Assembly (NCBI RefSeq): GCF_038025025.1
Contig: NW_027117343.1
Span: 2,108,001 to 2,172,000, forward strand
From: Phyllosticta citribraziliensis
Lineage: Eukaryota
DNA length: 64,000 nucleotides
Direction of reading: 5' to 3'
Shown here: in pieces, positions 13,474 to 25,940 of the stretch
How the letters are laid out: every line of letters begins with the position of its first letter
Numbering within the stretch: the stretch's first letter is position 1
Position numbers and translations under genes: made by a program
Notes under the pieces: model-generated
Seen by the model: only the letters and a program-made list of their open reading frames with translations
Told to the model about the DNA's origin: nothing
The model's database searches: none

Positions 13474-15308
13474 ATGGCGCGCTTCAATTCCGACACGTCT
13501 CTCTCAGACAAAGACGAAAAGTACGAGGTCGCATCCGAGGAGCGGTCCAGCGCCAGCACCAGGGGCGCCGTGCTCGTCACGTCCGACTATGGCATCTACA
13601 AGGCCGCCCTGGAAGAGCAAGAGCGGCGGCGGCGAAGAGGAGATGGGATGGAAAAAAGCGCAATCGAGGTCGACAACGACCTCGACATTGAAAAGCAGAG
13701 CACGGCGTCCTTCAAGACGGCGTCCAGCTCACTCAACCTGCCTGAGCGATACGAGCCCGCGGCCGAGGACCCCTACGCAGCAGACCCCAACGTCGTCGAC
13801 TGGGATGGACCAAACGACCCGGCCAATCCCATGAACTGGCCCAAGGGCCGCAAGTGGCTCATGATTTCCGTCGTCTCGGCCCTGACGTTCCTGATACCGC
13901 TGGGATCGTCCATGTTTGCGCCGGGCGTGCCCGAGCTGATGCAGGAGTTTGGGTCCGACAGTGAGGTGTTGGCGGGATTTGTGGTGTCCATTTACGTCCT
14001 CGGCTTTGCATTTGGACCGTTGATCATTGCGCCGCTCAGCGAAATGTATGGTCGACTGCCACTGTATCATGTGTGCAGTGTTCTGTTCATCATCTTCATG
14101 TAAGTCACTGCCCTGCATATCCCTTGGTCTGGATGGTGGTTGAATGCTGACGTCGTTCAGGGTTGCTTGCGCCTTGAGCAAAGACCTCGCCATGTTGATT
14201 GTCTTTCGTTTCTTGGCTGGCATGGCCGGTGGTGCACCCCTGACACTGGGAGGCGGCACCATAGCTGATCTCATGCCCCCAAAAGATCGCGGGACGGCCA
14301 TGGCCATTTGGGTCGCTGGACCGACCATCGCTCCCGTCATCGGTCCTGTGGGAGGTGGTTTCCTTGCGCAGGCCGTCAGTTGGCGATGGGTGTTTTGGGT
14401 CGTCAGTATCGCGACTGGCGTCATCACCATTACCGGCTTTATCCTGATGCGCGAGACGTACCCAGTGGCGATTCTCAATGCAAAAGTCAGACGGTTGCGC
14501 AAGGAAACAGGCAACACGGCGCTGCGATCAAAGCTCGACTCTGGCCTGGGAGCCCGCGCCCTCTTTCTCCGCAGCATCATCCGCCCGGCCAAGATGCTTT
14601 TCTTTTCGCCAATTGTGTTTTTGCTCTCCCTGTACGTGGCCGTCGCCTACTCGTACCTCTACATCCTCTTCACGACCTTCACGACCGTCTTCGAAACGTC
14701 GTATGGCTTCAGTCCAGGCATCGCGGGACTCACCTACCTCGGCGTGGGCGTTGGTTGCGTGTTGGGTCAGTGGGCGTTCACTGTCTTTGGCAACCGCACC
14801 GCGCGCGCGCATTTGGAAAAAGGCGACTTCGCCCCTGAGCACAGATTGCCGCTCATGTTCCCGGGCGCAATCATGATGCCAATAGGCTTCTTCATCTACG
14901 GGTGGTGTGTGCAATACCAGGTGCACTATATCGTGCCCATAATAGGTACGGGATTCATTGGGTTTGGACTGATGCTCTTATTTGTAAGTTTTTGCTCTGC
15001 CATCTCCCTTGTTCGTGCGATGATGGCCGATCAATGTCTTCTGCTAACTCGCGACAAAGATGGCTCCCAATACATACCTGGTAGACGTCTACACGATGCA
15101 CGCCGCCAGCGCCATGGCAGCCAACACGGTCCTGCGGTCGGTCTTTGCTGCCTTCATCCCGCTGGCTGGCCAGCCCATGTATCGTGCGTTGGGTCTAGGT
15201 TGGGGCAATTCACTACTAGGTTTTGTCGCCATTGCCCTGATTCCTATTCCCCTGTTGTTTGTCAAGTACGGCGCCATGTTGCGGACGAGATTCGTTGTCA
15301 AGCTGTAG
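13474..15308 (+). CDS. MFS multidrug transporter, DHA1 family
   Basis: [62 protein letters not shown] and PEHRL motifs. Introns 14100-14160 and 14984-15059. Confidence 0.95.
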
Positions 15309-16015
15309 GAGTGTCTGTTTGTCCGGGGCGAAGGTGAAAAGCCTGGGTGGTAGTTGTGTTTCTGACGAACAGAGGCTGCAGGACGTGAGCGTCAGAGACG
15401 CCAGTTCAACCTTGTACGTGCAAATGTGCATGAAAATGGCATTATTTCTAGGCGGCAAAGGTACCAAATCGACGCCGGTTCCAAGATATCTTAGCGCCCT
15501 TCTCCACTTCTCTTTCCACTGGGGGAGAAATGTCGTGCCCTTGTGAATTGTTCGCGTGATCTTGAGGTCGACAGTTGCTCTCATACTGCATTAGAGAGGA
15601 TCTGATGCATGAAAAGGTGTTGCCGGTCAATGGTTGTCCACAAGTTGTTTGGAGGATGATGTTGGATTTTGCCGTGTCGAGCATGTCTAAATTGGATACG
15701 AGATGTGATAGGAGCAAACAGTGAGGTCGAAACAAGCTCTTTGTCTCGCTATCGCCGCCTCGGCTTGGGTCCCCGCATGCCGTTGGACCCCCCACCCTAC
15801 GGCCTGAGCTAGCTAGCTCCCCGGCCACGACTTGTCGTGCACGTCATTCCCGCCGCCCAAATCGTCAACACCATCGGATTACACCGCTCTCTACTATTTG
15901 ATACCTCGTCCTCGCCGCTCCTCCCTCGATCCATGGAGCAGCCGAGTCCTGCCATCCTTTCGTGCTCCAGCTTCCGCCCCTGATGATCACGCCCGACGCC
16001 GAAAAGCGAGCCGCA

Positions 16016-18446
16016 ATGGCCGACGAACACACGCCGTTGATTGCCGTCGTACCCGTAGCTCCGCGTCCGCCTCGTTATCCTCACCACAACCTCCGCCGCG
16101 CCTGTACCTACACCCTCGCCCTTGTCCCAGCATTTGTACTCGGAGCCGTCGTCGCTTCTCTGTTCCTGCTGCCTCCCTTCTTCCCCGGCGATAGCGCCGT
16201 CTCCACGCACCAAACGCCCTTCTCCAAAAGCTCGCCACCGGGTCTGAGCGATTCATGGCCGCGGACCGAGGGAATAAGCTTTGCGGAGCTTGAAGACATT
16301 TTGAAGACCACCCCGGACGCTGAAAAAGCTCGGGAGTGGAGCAAGTACTACACCGCCGGACCGCACCTGGCTGGTAAGAACCTGAGCCAGGCTGTATGGA
16401 CCAAGGAGAAATGGGAGGAGTTTGGCCTTTCGAAAGTCGACATTGTCGCCTACGACACCTATCTCAACTATCCTGCCGGCCACCGCCTGGCGCTATTGGA
16501 GGAGAGCACCAAGGATAAGCGCGATGGTGAGACGTCGGCGTGGACAGTCGCGTACGAAGCTAGCTTGGAGGAGGACGTCTTGGAAGAAGACCCCACCAGC
16601 GGACTCGTCGATAGGATCCCCACCTTCCACGGCTACAGTGCGTCTGGTAATGTCACAGCCCCCTTTGTCTACGTCAACTACGGGACGTACTGGGACTTTG
16701 AGGACCTCATCAAGGCCAATGTAAGCCTGGAGGGCAAGATTGCACTTGCCAAGTACGGCGGTATCTTCCGAGGCTTGAAGGTCAAGCGCGCCGAGGACCT
16801 GGGAATGGTTGGTGTAGTCCTGTATTCTGATCCCGGCGACGATGGCGAGGTCACCGAAGCAAATGGCTACAAGACTTATCCAGAAGGCCCTGCGAGGAAC
16901 CCGAGCAGCGTCCAGAGGGGCAGCACTCAGTACTTGAGTAAGATTTGGCGACATTACTCTTCCAGACCAATCTATTGACTGTACTTTAGGTGTCCAACCT
17001 GGCGACCCTACCACTCCGGGCTACCCTTCCAAGCCTGGTGCCCCGCGTGAGGACACGAAGGGCAAAATCCCCACCATCCCCTCCATTCCCATCTCTTATG
17101 TTGATGCTCTGCCGCTGCTCAAGGCCTTGCACGGGCATGGGCCCAAGGCTGATAGCTTTGGCAAGTATTGGCAAGGCGGTGGCCTTGGATACAAGGGCAT
17201 CAAGTACAACATTGGTCCCTCTCCCGACAATGTCGTTCTGAACCTTGTGAATGAGCAAGAATACGTCACGACCCCTCAGTGGGATGTCATTGGCGTCATC
17301 AACGGCACGATATCTGACGAAGTGGTTGTTTTGGGTAACCACCGCGACGCCTGGATCGCCGGCGGCGCAGGAGATCCCAACTCCGGCTCGGCCGTCATGA
17401 ATGAAATTGTTCGATCTTTTGGAGTCGCCCTCTCGCAGGGTTGGAAGCCTCTTCGCACCATCGTCATTGCTAGCTGGGATGGTGAGGAGTACGGTCTGAT
17501 CGGATCGACCGAGTGGGTCGAAGAGTACCTCCCTTGGCTGTCCGAGGCCGCCGTAGCATACATCAACATTGATGTTGGCGCCAGTGGCCCGTCCCTTACC
17601 ACCTCGGCGGCCCCACTTCTCAACAAGGCACTGATTGAAGCTACCTCCAAAGTGCTGTCGCCCAACCAGACGGTCGTTAACCAGACGATTGGAGACGTCT
17701 GGGACAAGAACATCCGTACCATTGGCTCTGGCTCAGACTTTACCGCTTTCCAGGACTACGCCGGTATTCCTTCGGTCGACTTGGGCTTCACGACCAACTC
17801 GAAATCGGCCGTGTATCACTACCACTCAAACTACGACTCGTTTGCCTGGATGGAACGCTTCGGCGACCCGGGCTTCAAATACCACGTCGCCATCACCCAG
17901 CTCTACGGGCTCCTCGCCGCCGACGTCATCGAGCGTCCCATCATCCCCTTCAACGCGACCGACTACGCCATCGGCCTCAAGACGTACCTCGACAAGGTCG
18001 AAGCCAAGGCGGCGGCCTCGACCAAGGGCGGCGCCAAAGACTGGGACACGTCGTCCATCTTCAGCGGGGTCAAGAAGGCGCTGCACAAGCTGGAGCAGGC
18101 GGCGTCGGACACGGACGCCACGGCCGCCGCTCTGCAGCAGGAGATCGACGACCACGACATCCCGTGGTGGAAGTGGTGGGAGAAGGTCAAGCTCTACTAC
18201 AGCGTGCGCGCCGTCAACACAAAGTACAAGTACCTCGAGCGCCAGTTCCTGTACCCGGACGGCCTCGACGGCCGCGAGTGGTTCAAGCACGTCGTCTTTG
18301 CTCCCGGCTTGTGGACCGGCTATGCCGGCGCTACGTTCCCGGGCTTGGTCGAGTCGGTTGATGCGGGCGATTTGGAGAACGCGAAGAGGTGGGCTGGTAT
18401 TATCGAAGGCACGCTAAAGAGCGCGGCTGAGCATCTAAAGGAGTGA
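16016..18446 (+). CDS. Glutamate carboxypeptidase II / transferrin-receptor-like M28 peptidase (Vps70/Tre-like), type II membrane protein
   Basis: N-terminal TM helix, PA domain (FVYVNYG, KYGGIFRGLKVK) and intact M28 metal/catalytic motifs GNHRDAW, GDPNSG, WDGEEYG, INID, YHYHSNYD. C-terminal TFR-dimer motif REWFKHVVFAPG. Intron 16938-16989. The start could instead be the in-frame ATG at about 15983. Confidence 0.93.
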
Positions 18447-20091
18447 TTTGCGGATAGTTGTGCAGATGGTAAATTGAAGATAGTGGAAGTGTTTGCAGAC
18501 GGAGGAAAGCAACGGACGGCGATGAGGTTTGGAATGACTCTACGAGTATGAGGGACGGATTGGATTGGCTAGGAGGCGTAGAACCAAAATGCAACCTGCA
18601 CGGTATTGGATCAACATCACCTTGAAACACTATGTCTTCATCGTCACCAACGCCACAAGCATGGTCAGTCTTTTTTTTTGGAGTATCCGCTGTGCTTTGG
18701 AACCTGCTGGCCGGCGCCATCGCCTGTGCTATCCGCGAGCGGGCGTTTGTTGTTGAATGGCCGTGGCTGCAATGTGTGTCCGATCGAAGATCACCGTTAA
18801 AGCCGCAAAACGCAGACAGCGTCGAGGTACTAATGCTGGCAGGTTCTATCGTCACCGGGCGCTTTGGCGTTTCCCATCCACGGGGATCAGCCAGTCTGAA
18901 GCATCTGCACCACGCGCGACGGAAGAGATGACGTCGAAAAGGCAAAGCGCAGAATGAATTGGTATATAATGGGAAAAAGTGAGATGACAAGACATCGCGT
19001 AGCAATTTTGTCCCGCAACGAATCGACAATGTGTATGCAAATGATGTGACGACTGACGGCAAGCACAATTTTTCAGAATCCACCGAGTGCCCCAAACGAA
19101 CGAATGAGTGTGACAAAAGATAACAACAACAGCAACAACAAAAACATTAATTTGCGTCCTCTAATAAGACCGCAGTGGCCAAGACGGCAAGGGTGAAATG
19201 GAAGGAGGGTGGTGACTAGACTACTACAAGACTTTTTCCTTCTCCCGACGTTAGACGACCAAAAAAGAGGGCCCATCATGGTATACTGCTGCTGCGACAA
19301 CAAGGCTGCATCCTGTTCTGTTTTGCGTGTGGCATCTCCATCTCGAAAGCAGTCAGTTTGTTGGTTGAAACGGCATCCACCCCAACCCCGAAAGAGAAGA
19401 GAAAAGAAACAGGAGGACTCAGAAAAAGAGAATTCCTCCAAAGCAAAGTGTCAATGTGTCCATAGTAGCCAGCCAGCCGCTCAACTCCTGATCCGGATAG
19501 AACAAAACGACGGGAGACAAAAAGGAGAAAGGAGAAGAAAGGAAAAAAGATCTGCAAACTTTTCCCTCAATAACAGAGAGGAAAAGGAGAAAGCCCTGCT
19601 GATGGGGAGCATCCATCCGTGCGAAGAAGCCAGCACGACGAAAACCGCCGAGCCCCCGAAAGAACCTTTTTATTTTCGCGCGCTGGGGAAAATGCATGCT
19701 GCTGCTCACTACAAACCATGGAGATGGGAAATATGATGTGACGGGCCAAAATGGTGAGAGGTACGTTGTGTACGTGAGCGCATAAGGAAGCGCCCCTCGT
19801 CCGCTGAAACTGCACTGGCAAGAGTAAAAACGAAACCAAAACGACCAAAAGACGACTGTACAGAACGCAACACAAACAGGCTTTACAATATCAGTTATAC
19901 GCGCATGTAGGCTAGCAAGTGGAAAGAACGAAGACGAATATGCGGGGGTGGTGGAGGTGGAGGTGGAGGAGGAGGGGGTCTTGGATGTGGTGTTAAGAAA
20001 ACCTTGATAACGCATGCCACGAGGACAATGCCAAGGATGATTGTGAAGAACAAGCTCAGTGGAGGCTCGGCGGCAGCGAAGAAGGGCGCTC

Positions 20092-22933
20092 TTAAAAATC
20101 ATTCGAGACGCTCATGTCTTCGGTCAGTTCCCGGTTGTCAATGCGCTCAACCCGGATGACAAGTTCCTGGACAGCTGTTAGTATCAAATAAGATGCTCTC
20201 GTAATATTGTTGCATACCTTTGTAGCCCGCGCAATCTTGAAGGCGAGCGGTGGAATCTTTTCCCTCTGAATGCCCTCGTTGTCGCCCGAGGCCTGTACGA
20301 GGCCTTCGCGAGAGTCCTCGAGCACTTCAACAACAGGCTTGGCATGCTTCGACAGCGCCGGGTTGTGGACATTCTCGATAGCCTCGCGGGTCTTGTAGCT
20401 GATTTCGTAGACCGTGCGGCTGATGTCGTTGACGTACGTGTCAATGTTGGACTGGGGAAGAGGACCGTTGGAAGGTGCGGTGCGGATTTCCTGAACCAGG
20501 GGTTGGATGCTGTTGACCAGGTCGGTGGTCTGGTCTTGAAGGTAGGTCTTGATCTCCTCCAAGCCACTCGTCTCCCTTACGATAGGAATAGACCCATTGA
20601 GGTGACCGTTTGGTCCTTCAGACTTTCTCGATGACCAAGGACGGGGAGAGCCGGTTACGGACCGACTGTACCTCGTCGAGTCTATGCTGACGGCGCTCGC
20701 ATGACGGGAGTGGCGCCCATTTGCCATGCCGTAGTAGCTTTTGCTCAAATGGGTAGGCCGGGCTTCGACAACTTCGTAGTCTTCCTCTCCTGGCTGAGTG
20801 GGTCTGATCTTGACAGTCTTGATGAGCTCCACCACGGAAGTTGTCAGGTGCGACGCTGCGGCATCGAGGAGAGACACTGGCGAAAGACCCGCCGAGGCTG
20901 CATGATTCTGCGAAGCGGTGATGAGGTTACTCGCTGTAGCAGAAACCCGAGATTTGAGCTTCTGTTGCTTCTTTGCGTGGCCCTCGTCATCGCTTTCCCC
21001 GCCACTGGAGTGGTAACCCACTTCGACGTCTGCCGTAATGGTCCTGACACAGCTGACAACATCCTTCATGCATTCCACAACGTCTTGCGGATCGGCCTTG
21101 CGGGCAGTCTGCAATAACTGATCGATGCTGAGCTGGAACTTGGTAACGTGGACGTCCTTGACCATTCCGGCTGGGTCAATGATTCCACCGTCCTTGGTGT
21201 GGACAGACGCATCCTGGGTAAAGGTGGTGCTAGCTGAAGAGGCCCGGAGGTGCCTAACCTGGGCCTTTGCGCGGGCAAAGCGGGACTTCCACTCCTTGAT
21301 TTCAGCCTCCAGTTGAGAGACTTGGTTTTGAAGCCTTTCCTCCCTTTCAAGATGATACGTGCTTCTCTCGGAAAGAGAACGCATTTCCTGGAGGAATTGA
21401 AAAGCCTCCCGTCGGACTTCTTCTGTAGCCTTTTGTTGCTCTTCAAAGTCTGCCTCCAACAGCTCATAGCGCTGTTTCCAGTCATTGTCGTTTTCAGCAC
21501 CGCGATTTTGCTCCAACTTGTCCAGCTGCACTTGCAACTCCCGTGCCTTTGCTTCGCTGTCGGCTTTGACCTGCTCAAGCTCAATCCTCAAAGAATCGTT
21601 GACTTCTTGTGCGTGGCTCAATTTATTTTCCATGTCATCGTCCGGCGCATTCTTGTTGAGATCCTGTCAAGTGTCAGTGCCAAGCAATTGGGTGCGACGA
21701 AGCAGCTGTTACATTGTCCCTTTCCTCCGTCTTCAGCTTCTCAATCTCAGCGTCGCGGTCTTTCAGCTTGAGCTCAAGCTCCTCGAACTTTTCCTTGAGT
21801 TGAATTATCTCCAGGTTGAGATCCGCCACAACCTTGTCCTGCTTAGGGTGAGCTTCGGCCTTTTTGGGGAGTAATTTTTGCCTTACGTCCTGAGCCGGGG
21901 CGCTCTTCCTGCCAGAGGTCCTCCGGCTAGTTCTCCGGACAGCATCCTCCAGCCCAAACGCGTCATGATCCTCATCATCATCATCTATGCCGCTGGGATC
22001 ATCGTCGTCTTCGACGAGCGTGCTCTTGGTGGGCACAATGGTGTTTGACTGTGATTGTGATTGCTTCGGCATCGGACCTGGAGGACCCCGACCTGGTCCG
22101 CGAGGACCCGGAGGAGGCCCACGGTAGCCAGGCGGAGGTGGCCCTCTTCCCATGCTCCCAGAACTCGGTGTTCCCCTCCTGCCGGGGCCCCGACTGCTTG
22201 CAACGCTACCAGTAGGACTGCCGGGTATAGAGAGGTCTGCGCGATCGACGAAGTGAGGGAAGCGTCTCTCTAATTCGTAAAAGACATCGGTGGCAAGTTG
22301 GCGAAAGCGCTCAATGGGGAGGGTTGAGAGCTTCTGCCGCGCCTGGTTGCGCTTGGGATGGTAATTGCTCTTCGGCGGCAAGAATTTCGGCGTGTCATTG
22401 TTTGGGTTGTTCGGGCCTCCCTTTCTTCGCTCGTCCTCTCTCCGGATCGACTCGTCGTAGACGTCGGTGCTCAGCTCTTGGAACTGCACGGGCGACAGGC
22501 GGAGCAGCTTGTCTCTGGCGCGATTGGGACGCAGGTTGCCCTTTTCGTCGCGGAGGTATGGCGCCAAGTAGCTTTTGAGCATGCGGTAGTGGTCCGACAG
22601 CGACTCTTCCAGCATCAGGGCTTTTCGGCTGGTTATACTCTCTCGGTCCCGGAGACTGCGCGCGTACAATCCACCTCCGTCGCTCGAGCGAGCGATGGAG
22701 CTGGGCGGCGAAGGCTGCCCGTTCGGTCTTGCCAAGCCATTGGGCATCCCTCCTTCGTTGCTTATGGTAGTGTGGATGGAAGCAGGCGGCGTCGCGAGCT
22801 GGTTTCGAGGGGTGGGCAATATGCTGGGCGAGTATGGGTTGTCGATGGCTCCGGCGTAGAGGTTTTTCGAAGGTGGAGACCAGGCGTTGGCATTCTCAAC
22901 CGAGATGGGGGATACCGGACTGTGACCAGCCAT
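20092..22933 (-). CDS. SPA2: Polarisome scaffold Spa2 (GIT/Spa2 homology domain)
   Basis: Two SHD repeats RARDKLLRLSPVQFQELSTDVYDE and RNQARQKLSTLPIERFRQLATDVFYELERR, a central coiled coil and a conserved C-terminal region (SPVSLLDAAASHL). Introns 21839-21886, 21664-21712 and 20167-20217. Confidence 0.92.
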
Positions 22934-23843
22934 GAAGCCTGCGGTGTTTGGAGTATGCGCTTAGCCGCAACAAGGTCCCCCTGGTGCAAGAGTTGGTGGT
23001 TCAGAGCGGCGGCAGTCGCGACTTGAGAGCCGACGGCATTCGAATTCAAATGTCAAATTCGACGAGGAGCAGTGTGCGATATTGAGCACAACAAACGGAC
23101 TATGACGCTTGCTCAATAGAATGCAGCGGCGCCCTTGGTGCGAGACCGGCGGCGCGCGGCGAGGGCGTTAGTTCAGGAACAGCCGCGACTTGCACAACGG
23201 CGCGGACGGGTCGAGCGAATGGCAAGGGCCGGAGCGGTCCAACAAGCAGCGCGGGAGGAGGAGGAGGGATTCTGTCAGCGGTGACAGAATGGGAGCTGTT
23301 TGGGATGGCCCACGGCGTCAGGGGGCTTGCTTGGTCGGTGGGTCGGCGCAATCGATAGCGGCTGCAAGGGCGGTATGTAATTGTGTGGCGTGCGGTGTTT
23401 TGGGGGGGAGGTCCCGGTCCAAACGTCAACAACAGAGACCTAACGAGTGTTGTGGCGAAGAGCGTTTGAGATGCAAAGGAGAGAAAGGGTGTTGAGGAAA
23501 AAGGGAGAATGCTATGGTTCCCACAAGCTGCGCAACGCCGCGGGGGCCAGGGGTCCCCAGTCGCAATCATTCTCCCTAGGACCGTTTGGTGCACCCTTCT
23601 CAGCGGACGCTAGGCACATCTCCGCCAACGCGTATACGGGCACTGCTTCTAGAACGTCTGCTCAATTGGACACTTCGCTATGGGTATAATTTTCGAAGTC
23701 TACACGTCCTCCGCCTGCATCGCCAATCCCAGCCCTCGGACGTCGTCGCCGCGCGCCATCTGCTGCCAGCGCCTTTAAGCGAACACCAATCATGCCTCAT
23801 GGCACACATCTCGCTCTCCAATCGTGCCCTTGCTGACGCAGCC

Positions 23844-25162
23844 TTACCGGATCTTTTTCTTCTTCTTGTCGTACTTGGAGTTGGGATCGCAGATGGGGCA
23901 CAGCCACTCGCCCTTTGGTTCCTGCGCCAACCCCACACATTCCCAATGGAACCATTGGATATCGCACTTCGGGTTGTCGCAGGCGACCATGTCGCCAAAG
24001 CTGACGCGCTCGCAGATGCAGTATGCAGTGTCGTCCGCGTCTTCCTCCATGTCGCCTCCCTCGTCGTCTGCTGCCCCATCGTGACCCAGCGCCGGCGCGT
24101 CCTCATCCGACCCGTCACCATCACTGAGCATGCTTTCGTCGTCGCCCGTCGTCGATGGTGATGCTCGCGTGCTTCCCATGAGCCTCCGCGCCGACTTTTT
24201 CGAGATGCCTGCCTTTCCAATCTTCTTGCGATTCGCCTTGCCAGGCAGCACTGTTTTGGTCTTCTTCGTAGGACGCGGCCCGGCGCTTCCCGCGCGGCTA
24301 CCTGGTGTTGCTACCTTGGGCGTTCCAGGACCTATTGAAGACTGACGTGCGAGCGAGGAACTAGCTGGGGGAAGCGACCCAAGATGCAGGCGTCGACGCT
24401 TGGTGTCACTGCTCACCGACATTTCTCGCTGCCTGTTCTGAGCAGCTGCTAGGTTTGACCCAGGGGGCATGTTGCTCTGATTGAGAATTGTCCCAGAACT
24501 GCTGACTCCAGGAGAGCTTGCTGTTCGTGCTTGGCCTGTTGCATGTGCCAGCCTTTGCATCGTCAAGGCTGCCAGCGGTTGCGATACTTTGGTGTTGGAA
24601 AGCGAAGGAATGGGAGTGTTGGCTCCTGTTGCGCTCGAGGAAACAGGGGGCACAAGGTTTCCAGGTGAATCACGCAAAAGAGAGGGGAGCTGAGGGTCAT
24701 GCGCTATGGAGCCGTCTGTTGTCAGGTCCTTGATCTTGACGTCCAGGCGCTTCACGTGGCGGTCCAGCTGTGCCATGTCAGTTGTGCAGCGTTATGACAA
24801 AAACACGAAACGTACAAGTGAAGCAGCCTTTTCGGCCAAGGCGCATTTCTCCTCTTGGAGCAGCTGTGCTTTGTCGTAGTTTTGGAGGATTATCTTGCTA
24901 TAAGCCTCCTCCTTGGGATTTTTCACCAAGCTCGTGTTGAGCTTGACAAATTTCTGGAGACTGCTGTCGTGGCGTTCGATTGTGTTGGAGCAAGCCTGGA
25001 TCTGCTGCTCTTTGGCTTGCATCTCTTCATACAAGTGGGTCACCTCTGCAGGCAAATTTGCAACTTGAAAGCGTCAGTAGGAACAAAATCGACCAATACC
25101 AAAGACGAACCATCGTGAATAAACATCTCGAGCACCGAGGCCGGATCGTCGGTGAGAGCCAT
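23844..25162 (-). CDS. YNG2: ING-family PHD finger protein, Yng2-like (NuA4 histone acetyltransferase subunit)
   Basis: ING N-terminus DPASVLEMFIHD/VANLPAEVTHLYEEMQAK and C-terminal PHD YCICERVSFGDMVACDNPKCDIQWFHWECVGL..GEWLCPIC. Introns 25064-25110 and 24768-24815. Assignment to Yng2 rather than another ING paralogue rests on recalled resemblance. Confidence 0.88.
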
Positions 25163-25940
25163 GGTGAGAGATTAGGTGGCTGGTGTTTCAGGGAGGGACG
25201 AGCTCCTAGACTCCGGCAGACGGTGGCACAATGACACGATCTGAGAGCAGATCGAATGGACGAATGAAGGTTGATGACGTGAAGATGAAGGCGCGATGAG
25301 CGAAACCACTTGATTGATGGATGACGAGGCGTCTGTGGCGACTGCCGAAAAACAGAAGAGATTTTTGAAACACCAACGCTCGCAGTGAAAGCCACAGATG
25401 GCGAAAAGTGTTCACCAAAAAGTAGAAGCGTCGGCGTGTCAGTGATGCAGTTGGTGGAAATGAGGCGAGTGTCGTGAATGTTGATCGCCGCGACATTTGG
25501 CTGAGAGAGGCTTCTCATCACGTGCCAGGGTGTTCTAAATCCAGATTCGGTAAGCGTAGCCGCATCCCAAACGGGCCTAGCGCCCGCCGTCAATCTCGTC
25601 TGGGCATCTCCGAACGATCCCCCAGATTGGTTCCTGGCCGGCGTCGCACTACCAAACCTCACCTACCAAACTGCAACTGTTCTACAAGTCGGCCCTCTCA
25701 CACGTCACCCATTCAAGCTCAACACCGAGCCAAGGAACTTAAAGCTGTTGGAATAAACGCCGATCAGTTTGACACGCCAGCCGTCAACCTAAACGCCATC
25801 GCTTGCCAAACCAAGAAAGAGCAAGGAATCATTCACGAGGCTTTGAAACTACAAGAATCTGAACCAGCACTGGCCCTGATCACGCGTAGCCTCTCTGCGC
25901 AAAGACAGCGCGAGGGCGGAGTCCGCCCAGCTTCCCTGAA

